NCBI GenBank assembly: GCA_030699685.1
Contig: JAUYLJ010000068.1
Span: 8,947-72,946, forward strand
Direction: 5' to 3'
Source of the DNA: a bacterium
GTDB taxonomy: Bacteria > Patescibacteriota > Patescibacteriia > JAHIZJ01
Length of the DNA stretch: 64,000 nucleotides
The notes under the pieces were generated by a model that did no database searches, had not been told where the DNA came from, and saw only the letters and a program-made list of their open reading frames with translations. A program made the position numbers and the translations under genes. Numbering within the stretch: the stretch's first letter is position 1; each line of letters begins with the position of its first letter. Positions 56,814 through 64,000 of this stretch are shown piece by piece.

Positions 56814-58277
56814 CTATATGGAGTCATTCAATTTGCCCAGCGCCGTCTCCACCCTCTTCATAGCCTCCTCCTTGCCCAAAATCTCGGTAATTTCAAACAC
56901 TCCGGGTGAATTGGCCTGACCCGCCAGCGCTACGCGCAAGGGCCAAAGAATCTCACCCGTTTTTACGCCCAGCGCCGAAATTTTATTCAAGAAGAAGTTG
57001 TACAGATTTTCCTTGGTATAATCCCCCGCCTCAATCTCGCTGAAAATCTGCAGGGATTGCTTGAGCCTTTCGATAGTGGTTTCTTTATTGCCTTTCTTTG
57101 GCACCAGGATGTCCCCGTCATAGTCGATTGGACTGACCAAGAAAGCGGCCAGATCGCCAGCGTCTGTCAGCTTCACCAAACGGTCTTTAATCAGCTCGGT
57201 AATTTTATGAAGCCGGGCTTCATCGTCCGTGGGCACCGATACGGATTGAAAATATGGTTTGAGTTTCTCAACCAGCGCTGAGGTCGGCATCTGACGGATG
57301 TAGCGGCCATTGATATGGTTCAGTTTATCGATATTGAAAACAGCGCCGGCTTTATTCACTTTTTCCAATTCAAAGGACTGGATCAGTTCATCAATGGTAA
57401 AAAACTCCTGCTCTGTTTTCGGGTTCCAGCCAAGAAAGGCCACGAAGTTCAACAGCGCCTCAGGCAGGTATCCCTGATCACGATACTCAAACACTGAAAC
57501 GGCGGCGTCACGCTTGCTGAGCTTGCCTCCGGCTGGATTGAGGATCAACGGCAAATGAGCGTACAATGGCGCTTCCCAACCAAAGGCCTGATACAGCCAG
57601 AGGTGTTTTGGCGCGCTCGGCAGCCATTCCTCGGCACGCAGCACGTGACTGATTTCCATTAGGTGATCATCCACCACGTTGGCCAGCTGGTAGGTCGGAA
57701 AACCGTCCGACTTCATGATCACGGCATCGTCCTGCGTCGCGAATGAAAAATCAACATCGCCACGAATCAGATCGCGGAGCCTCTGCGTCCCCTGCCCCGG
57801 CAACTTCATTCTGATGACCGCGTTCTCCCCCGCCTCGGCTTTTTTTTTCGCTTCAGAAGCAGATAGGCTTCGACAAAGCTGGTCGTAACGAGGAGCGAGT
57901 TTCTGCGCCTGCTGTTGCTGACGCACTTTCTCCAAACGTTCAGGAGAGCAGAAGCAATAATAGGCCTTGTCTTCGGCTAAGAGGCGCTGGGCATGGTCAT
58001 GATAGATATCGAGTCGTTGTGATTGAAAGTAGGGCCCATGACCCCCATCCTTGTCCGGTCCTTCGTCATAGTCCAACCCTGCCCAGCGCAGAGCTTCGAT
58101 AATGCCATCTACGCTGCCCTTTACTTCCCGTTGCTGATCGGTGTCTTCTATCCGAAGGATGAAGCATCCCTTGTGCTTCTTGGCCAGCAGCCAATCAAAC
58201 AAAGCTGTGCGCAACCCGCCAATGTGCAGATTGCCAGTGGGACTGGGCGCGAATCTGACGCGTAATTCTTTATCCAT
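56814..58277 (-). CDS. gltX: Glutamyl-tRNA synthetase
   Basis: RFAPSPTG.LHIG and KLSKR motifs. Confidence 0.97.
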   Translation of the reverse strand: MDKELRVRFAPSPTGNLHIGGLRTALFDWLLAKKHKGCFILRIEDTDQQREVKGSVDGIIEALRWAGLDYDEGPDKDGGHGPYFQSQRLDIYHDHAQRLLAEDKAYYCFCSPERLEKVRQQQQAQKLAPRYDQLCRSLSASEAKKKAEAGENAVIRMKLPGQGTQRLRDLIRGDVDFSFATQDDAVIMKSDGFPTYQLANVVDDHLMEISHVLRAEEWLPSAPKHLWLYQAFGWEAPLYAHLPLILNPAGGKLSKRDAAVSVFEYRDQGYLPEALLNFVAFLGWNPKTEQEFFTIDELIQSFELEKVNKAGAVFNIDKLNHINGRYIRQMPTSALVEKLKPYFQSVSVPTDDEARLHKITELIKDRLVKLTDAGDLAAFLVSPIDYDGDILVPKKGNKETTIERLKQSLQIFSEIEAGDYTKENLYNFFLNKISALGVKTGEILWPLRVALAGQANSPGVFEITEILGKEEAMKRVETALGKLNDSI

Positions 58278-58287
58278 GAAAATTATA

Positions 58288-59202
58288 TTACAACCACTCT
58301 TTTTTACGCAAGATAAATATCACTCCTAATATTACCCCGAGGAGACCAATTCCGACCAGACCCAGGCCAAAGGGGTTGTCTGCCAGCGGCAATCCTTCCA
58401 CGTTCATGCCATATAAGCCAGTGAGCAGGGTCAAGGGCAAGAGAGAAACGGAGATAATCGTCAACGACTTCATAACGTTGTTAATCCTTTGTGACATCAG
58501 GAAATCGTTCGTCAGATGAACCCCTTCGACGCTATCGCGGAAATTTTCAAGCAGGGTAATGGAACGGCTCAGATAATCATGCACGTCATCAAAGTAGATT
58601 GAAATCTGTTCCGGCAAAAAAGACTTTTTTACATTGATCAGACGAAGCATCACCGATCGCTGAGGATCCAAGATACGGTACAACTTCTGGATGTTTCGCC
58701 TGGTAATAGCCAGCTCATAGGCGATTTGTTTGGGCGTGCTTTTGTACACTTCTTCCTCGGACCAGTTCACGCTCTCGCCAATTTCATTCAAAATAGGCGT
58801 ACTCATTCGATAGAGCCTGTCCATTATTTTATATAGCTGAAACCCCGCACTGTTGCGCACCGTGTGTTTTGAGGATCTGAGATTCCGGTAACTTTTAAAC
58901 ATTCTATCCAGAAGATCTAGTCTTCCTTTTGTCACTGTTACCAGCAGGCCGTGTTGTACAAAGGCATCGATTTCGAGGTACTCAACTTTCCTTTCCCTGG
59001 CGTCATAGATCGGAAAATGGAACACCAGGAAGACGTAGTTTCTGTAAATGTCCATTTTCGGGTGTTGGACGGACTGGGGTTGGCAGTCTTGGATATCAAG
59101 AGGATGAAACTTATACTCCCTCAGTTTTTGCAGATCGTCTTCACCTGGATCAGTCACGTGCATCCAGGTCAGTGATTCTTTTTCGGCTACTTGCGCGCTC
59201 AT
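58288..59202 (-). CDS. corA: CorA family Mg transporter
   Basis: GLYGMN signature, two C-terminal TMs. Confidence 0.9.
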   Translation of the reverse strand: MSAQVAEKESLTWMHVTDPGEDDLQKLREYKFHPLDIQDCQPQSVQHPKMDIYRNYVFLVFHFPIYDARERKVEYLEIDAFVQHGLLVTVTKGRLDLLDRMFKSYRNLRSSKHTVRNSAGFQLYKIMDRLYRMSTPILNEIGESVNWSEEEVYKSTPKQIAYELAITRRNIQKLYRILDPQRSVMLRLINVKKSFLPEQISIYFDDVHDYLSRSITLLENFRDSVEGVHLTNDFLMSQRINNVMKSLTIISVSLLPLTLLTGLYGMNVEGLPLADNPFGLGLVGIGLLGVILGVIFILRKKEWL

Positions 59203-59939
59203 GATTTTTTCTCGGTAAGAGCTTTATAGGTAAAAATGACGGTAGCGTTGAGTATCCTTTTCAGGCGGCGGGGTTCGCGACCGAGCCGGTAAAGCCACTC
59301 CAAGCCACCTTGACGCATGAGGTTCGGGGCGCGTTTCGTCCGACCAGAGATATAGTCAAACGCTCCGCCAATTCCGGCCGCTACCTTCACGCTGGGCATG
59401 CTTGGAAGATTGCGCGCAATCCATTTTTCCTGCTTGGGCGCTCCAAAAGCAACCAATAGAATATCGGGACGGCGGCGGGCAATGTGCTCAACCAGCTCTC
59501 TTTCACTTCGGTATCGGCCGGAGGGGGTCCGTTCGTTTTCCGCACCTACTATCCGCAGCTCCGGAAAATCGCGTTTCAACCTAACCGCGGCAGCGTATGC
59601 GACCCCGTCGCGTCCACCCAGCAGCTGAACACGGGAGCCTTCACGGGCAGCCACTTCGGCTAGCGTACTGACCATATCCACGCCAGTAATCCTGTTGAGC
59701 CGTTCTCCGCGTAATCGACCGATAAGCTGCAAGCCAAATCCATCAGGGAGCGAGAGTTCGGCTGAACGCAAAATGTTCAAAAACTCTTCGTCCTGGCTGG
59801 CCTCAACGCAAAATTCTGGATTAGGCGTGACGATGTGCCGCGATTCCGTTGAGAGCAAAAAATTTTGCAAAAGGTCAACAAGCTTCTCTGTGGAGAGATT
59901 ATGGATTGGGACTCCCAGAATGTGGGTAGAAGGTTTCAT
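59199..59939 (-). CDS. WecB/TagA/CpsF glycosyltransferase
   Basis: VTPNPE, PDG, GAPKQEKW, GGAFD, GLEWLYRL. Confidence 0.93.
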   Translation of the reverse strand: MKPSTHILGVPIHNLSTEKLVDLLQNFLLSTESRHIVTPNPEFCVEASQDEEFLNILRSAELSLPDGFGLQLIGRLRGERLNRITGVDMVSTLAEVAAREGSRVQLLGGRDGVAYAAAVRLKRDFPELRIVGAENERTPSGRYRSERELVEHIARRRPDILLVAFGAPKQEKWIARNLPSMPSVKVAAGIGGAFDYISGRTKRAPNLMRQGGLEWLYRLGREPRRLKRILNATVIFTYKALTEKKS

Positions 59940-60481
59940 GAAAACGTCGCGGTGGTCAATGATATGTATTCCGGCCCATCCTCACGCAGCTCGCTTTGAA
60001 ATAGAGATAGCGTATCCAATTCACCAAGGATCTTCATTCTCTCTGACAGAAAATGTATTTTCATTCCTTTTGGGAACCTGGCAACGGAAATATGGGGTTT
60101 GAATCCTTTACGGTCGGATGCTCCTATCCCCTCTTGATAACACCAGTCGCGAGCTTCAGACCAAAGGCGAAGCATCTGCTCATTCAGTCCCACAATGAAG
60201 CTGAGTGTTTGCGGGCGTCGTTCACTTGGGTAAAGCTCAAGCGAGGTGATTTCAACGTTCATTGGCGCGGTAATTTTTGCTGACAGCTCATGGCAATATT
60301 GGGCCAGGCGAGCAGCCTGATCATCGCTTAAAGTTCCCAGCCACCGTACAGTGATGTGCCAAATATCGGGACGGGCCCAGCGCCAGCCTGTTGTTTGGGA
60401 TTGCTTGGCCACTGTCTTGGATCGTAATTCGGCCAGCAAATGACCACTGATCGGCAAAGCAATGAAAACGCGATCAATCAT
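59936..60481 (-). CDS. thpR: RNA 2',3'-cyclic phosphodiesterase (2H family)
   Basis: RVFIA, HITV, FKPHISVAR. Confidence 0.85.
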   Translation of the reverse strand: MIDRVFIALPISGHLLAELRSKTVAKQSQTTGWRWARPDIWHITVRWLGTLSDDQAARLAQYCHELSAKITAPMNVEITSLELYPSERRPQTLSFIVGLNEQMLRLWSEARDWCYQEGIGASDRKGFKPHISVARFPKGMKIHFLSERMKILGELDTLSLFQSELREDGPEYISLTTATFS

Positions 60482-60615
60482 AGGCAAGTGTCAGAATTGA
60501 AATATATCACGGTTTTCGCTATAATAGAAGCATACGGACAGAACATTTTACCCTTTTCCCAATCTGTGGTAGTATTAATGAAGCCTCATAAAAAGTGACC
60601 AGCCTCAAAAACGCC

Positions 60616-61962
60616 ATGAAACGACTTTTTTTAGCCGTCTCAATTACTGCCCTCATCCTGCCCCAAGCTCTCTTGGCGGCGGTTTTCAATCCCAATAACA
60701 TCATTTCCACCGAGGAGCTGACCAATAATCGTTCCATGTCCCGGGACCGGATTCAGAAATTTTTGGAAACTCAGACCGGGCTCCTCTCACAGTATCACAG
60801 CAATGTCTACGGCGTCTCAAAATCGGCAGCCGAGGTCATCTATGACGCGGCAAATTTTTATCAGATAAGCCCGAAATACTTGCTGGTTCTTCTGCAAAAA
60901 GAACAAAGCCTGATCACTGATCCAACGCCGAATGAGGGTCAGTATGACTGGGCTACCGGCTACGCCGTATGCGACAGTTGCAGTAAATCCGATCCGCGGA
61001 TTCAGCAATATCGCGGTTTCTTCAACCAGGTAAACTGGGCCGCTCGCAGAAATCGCCAGTATATTGAAGAAGCCGGACGATGGCATTTCAAAGTCGGCGG
61101 AACCTACCAGATTGACGGACAAACTGTCATTATGGACAACCAGGCCACAGTTAACCTCTACACCTACACGCCGCACATTCACGGAAATCAGCTTTTCCAT
61201 TCGCTCTGGCATCGCTGGTTCACCACCGAGTATCCGGACGGAACACTGTTACAGGCAGAGAACAAGCCAGGCGTCTACTTGATCCAAAACGGGAAAAAGA
61301 GGCCTTTCTGGTCAAAATCTGCGTTTCTCGCCAGCTATAATTCTCGCAATATTATCACTGTCTCCCAAACTGCCCTGGACGCCTATGATGACGGCCGCCC
61401 GATCAAGTTTCCGGAGTACAGCCTGCTTAAGTCACCCGATCAAAAAGTGTATTTGCTGAATGGCGATTCAAAAAGGATGATTGAATCTGACGAAGTATTC
61501 CGTAAAATCGGCTTCAATCCGGAGGAAGTAATCGACGTCGAACAAAGCGACGTGGACAGCTATCTGAATGGTGAACCGATTAACGCCGCCAGCCTCTATC
61601 CTGTGGGAATTCTGATGCAATCAAAGCAGAACGGCGGGGTCGCCTTCATCCAAAACGGCGTGCGGCATCCCATCTGGTCAAAAGAGATCCTCTCTTCGCG
61701 ATTCCCCCACCATAGAGCAACGATCGTCGAGCAGTCGGAAATTGATTCATACCCCGTTGGCGATCCAATCACCTTCCAAGACGGCGAACTCGTCACTGCC
61801 AAGGAAATCAGCTCAGTCTACGTCATTTCTAACGGTCAAAAACGCCGCGTTGGCTCGGCTGAGGTGTTTAACCAGCTTGGTTTCAAGTGGGACAATATTA
61901 TTTACACCTCACAGAAGGCACTGGAAATCCATCCTGAGGGTGCCGTGCTGACTGTCGATTAG
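60616..61962 (+). CDS. Secreted protein with a lysozyme-like N-domain and four ~60-aa repeats
   Basis: Signal peptide; ISPKYLLVLLQKEQSLI; repeats of the type P.G.L...VYLI.NG.KR. Confidence 0.7.
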   Translation: MKRLFLAVSITALILPQALLAAVFNPNNIISTEELTNNRSMSRDRIQKFLETQTGLLSQYHSNVYGVSKSAAEVIYDAANFYQISPKYLLVLLQKEQSLITDPTPNEGQYDWATGYAVCDSCSKSDPRIQQYRGFFNQVNWAARRNRQYIEEAGRWHFKVGGTYQIDGQTVIMDNQATVNLYTYTPHIHGNQLFHSLWHRWFTTEYPDGTLLQAENKPGVYLIQNGKKRPFWSKSAFLASYNSRNIITVSQTALDAYDDGRPIKFPEYSLLKSPDQKVYLLNGDSKRMIESDEVFRKIGFNPEEVIDVEQSDVDSYLNGEPINAASLYPVGILMQSKQNGGVAFIQNGVRHPIWSKEILSSRFPHHRATIVEQSEIDSYPVGDPITFQDGELVTAKEISSVYVISNGQKRRVGSAEVFNQLGFKWDNIIYTSQKALEIHPEGAVLTVD

Positions 61963-61965
61963 TCC

Positions 61966-63834
61966 ATGTACGCGCGAATAATTCCGAGTCTGCGTTTGCC
62001 GCGGAGGCTTCAGTATTTTGATTACGCGGTACCGCCAAAGCTAGAACATGACATCGCGCCGGGTGATGTGGTAAAAATCGAGTTTCGGCGGCGGAAAGCC
62101 TGGGGAATCGTCCAAGAGCTGGTACTGGAACAATCAGCCAGAGAGGTGCTCAAAACCGTGCTGGCGCATCGCCAGGACCTGCGGCTGAACCGTATGCAGG
62201 TCGAGTTTTTGGTACTTTTTGCCAGAGAATTTTTTGTCAGTCCCGGCACCGTGGCCAACATGCTATTACGCACCTTGCCGTATCGCCATTTCGGGACAAA
62301 GTCGGGCAGCGGCACAACAGCAAATCGCCGACTCGCGAAAAAAGTCTCTTCGGACAGCCTGGTGGTCGCCGATACCGATGAGAGGATTAAATTCGTGAAA
62401 AACATATTAAGAGCTTCCAAAAACGGGACCGTTCTGCTCATCCATCCGGAAATCCAAACAGTTAAACGCTGGGAACACGCGCTTGCTGAATTTTTACCTT
62501 TGTCGTTTCATCGGCAGCTACCCACCCAAGAGTACTGGCAGCGCTATGCCCGTCAGCTGAGCCAACCAAGCCGGTTGATCATCGCCACGCGAGTAGGCCT
62601 CTTCCTTCCCTTCCATACTCTGCGGCACGTCATCATTGATGATGAAGAGAATCAGAATCACCGTCAATCAGAACAAAACCCCCGATATCATACTGACCAG
62701 GCTGTCCGACTTCTGCAAACTGTTCATGGCTGTTCGGTCAGTCTTCTTTCCTCCTTTCCCAGGATGACGACGCTTTCAGCCGTAAAAGGTGGCAATCTCC
62801 GGATAGTTGAGGCGCGAGAAAAGCAACAATTACCTTCTTCCGTGAAAATTGCCTCGCTTCCTGAAGAACGGCAATTGGGAAACTACGGCGTATTGAGCGC
62901 TTCCATGGAAAAAGCCCTGCACTCGGCGATACGGAATAAGAGGCACAGCCTGTTGTATTTCAACCGCCGCGGAGAGTCAAATAGTTTGAAGTGCCACGAC
63001 TGCGGATTCACCTATTCTTGCCCGAGATGCCGGCGTCCGCTGGCCGTCCATAAAAAAAACGCAAAAAAACAAAGCCAGCTGTTGCGCTGCCATCTTTGCT
63101 CCCATCAAGAGGACGTCAGCCTTCAGTGTCCACAATGCGGAAGCACGGATTTAAAGAAACGTGGCACGGGAATCCAGAAAATAACCGATCAGGTCAAATC
63201 TTCATTTCCTCAAGCGGTCACGGAAGTCATTGATTCCGGCACCGGCCTTTCTTCCCGTCCAACGCCTGATATTATCATTGCCACGCAAAAAGTATTCAGC
63301 CTTTCTGACTTGCCCAAATTTTCGGTGATAGGCATACTCAACGCTGACCAGGATTTACAGCTGCCTGACTTCAGTGCAGCGGAAACGGCATTTCGAACGA
63401 TTTCAAGGTTAGTAGGCTTAGCGGCGGCAAGCCAAGCGCAATGCGTCATCCAAACCTACTCTCCCGCGCACCACACCGTACAGATGGGCTCGCGGCAAGA
63501 TTATTGGGGGTTTTACGAGGAGGAAATCAAATTCAGAAAACAATATGCTTACCCCCCCTCGTCCCAACTGGTTCGGCTTATCTTGAAAGACTCCCGCCGG
63601 GAATCTCTCGTCAAAAAAGCGAAAAGATACTATGAACAGGTTTCGACAGCGCGGCCCTCGGCTGGAATTCATGTCGTGCAGCCCGGACCGGCTTTCACGG
63701 AAAAGATTCGCGGCCAGTACCAGTGGCAGATAGTCATCAAATTTTCAGATAAACATTGGCCGGAAGTCAAAAACCTGATAAACTTAAGCGGCGACGAGTG
63801 GCTTGTCGATATTAATCCTTTGAATCTTCTTTGA
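61966..63834 (+). CDS. priA: Primosomal protein N' (degenerate helicase motifs)
   Basis: N-terminal 3'-DNA-binding domain, NRRG, four CxxC pairs, PDFSAAE, IQTY, YPP. Confidence 0.88.
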   Translation: MYARIIPSLRLPRRLQYFDYAVPPKLEHDIAPGDVVKIEFRRRKAWGIVQELVLEQSAREVLKTVLAHRQDLRLNRMQVEFLVLFAREFFVSPGTVANMLLRTLPYRHFGTKSGSGTTANRRLAKKVSSDSLVVADTDERIKFVKNILRASKNGTVLLIHPEIQTVKRWEHALAEFLPLSFHRQLPTQEYWQRYARQLSQPSRLIIATRVGLFLPFHTLRHVIIDDEENQNHRQSEQNPRYHTDQAVRLLQTVHGCSVSLLSSFPRMTTLSAVKGGNLRIVEAREKQQLPSSVKIASLPEERQLGNYGVLSASMEKALHSAIRNKRHSLLYFNRRGESNSLKCHDCGFTYSCPRCRRPLAVHKKNAKKQSQLLRCHLCSHQEDVSLQCPQCGSTDLKKRGTGIQKITDQVKSSFPQAVTEVIDSGTGLSSRPTPDIIIATQKVFSLSDLPKFSVIGILNADQDLQLPDFSAAETAFRTISRLVGLAAASQAQCVIQTYSPAHHTVQMGSRQDYWGFYEEEIKFRKQYAYPPSSQLVRLILKDSRRESLVKKAKRYYEQVSTARPSAGIHVVQPGPAFTEKIRGQYQWQIVIKFSDKHWPEVKNLINLSGDEWLVDINPLNLL

Positions 63835-63835
63835 G

Positions 63836-64000
63836 ATGAGGTTACCAGTTATCCAAGAGGGCGATCCTCGCTTAAGAAACAAATCAGCCTCGATCACGGA
63901 TTACGAACCCAAACGCTATCGAAAATTCGTCGAGGACCTTACTCAGACCATGTATGAGGAAGACGGCATTGGCATTGCCTCGCCGCAGGTTGGCGAGAAT
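63836..64000 (+). CDS. def: Peptide deformylase (5' part, truncated by the window edge)
   Basis: MRLPVIQEGDPRLR...TMYEEDGIGIASPQVG. Confidence 0.9.
   Translation, partial: MRLPVIQEGDPRLRNKSASITDYEPKRYRKFVEDLTQTMYEEDGIGIASPQVGEN

Noticed and set aside
1-64000. CRISPR array, rRNA, prophage or DGR
   Set aside because: No regularly spaced repeats, rRNA signatures, phage structural genes or reverse transcriptase were seen

Overview
The window reads as the chromosome of a Patescibacteria/CPR (Parcubacteria-like) bacterium. This is inferred from the short EF-Ts, ProRS without an editing domain, degenerate PriA, DUF3048/DUF4012 genes and Asn-rich surface proteins. The backbone is housekeeping: rodA, rplY, prmC-prfA-rpmE, rpsB-tsf, a glycosyltransferase cluster, two mreB, mreCD-mrdA, holB, frr-rseP-proS, greA-lysS-serS, alr-ddl-ftsQ, gltX, corA, priA and def. 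Two accessory zones stand out. (1) At 9.3-17 kb, intact tRNA-Thr(GGT) and tRNA-Tyr(GTA) genes each sit inside flanking inverted repeats. They are followed by a series of degenerate tRNA-Tyr copies carrying a 59-nt insert in the anticodon and/or a 58-nt insert in the T-loop, and these copies separate blocks of cargo genes. The largest block is an integrase-less ~4 kb unit bounded by a 78-bp near-perfect inverted repeat. It holds two convergent nucleotide-chemistry operons: atypical TruD-like + CYTH, and atypical guanylate-kinase-like + DHOD/PreA-like flavo-Fe-S enzyme + Zn ribbon. (2) At 27-32.4 kb, a string of co-oriented small genes splits the glycosyltransferase cluster and includes a toxin-antitoxin pair and a relic of a type I R-M hsdS gene. 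A RAYT-type transposase carries a perfect 32-bp palindrome inside its coding sequence. No CRISPR array or rRNA gene was seen. All assignments come from reading motifs by eye; no database search was run.
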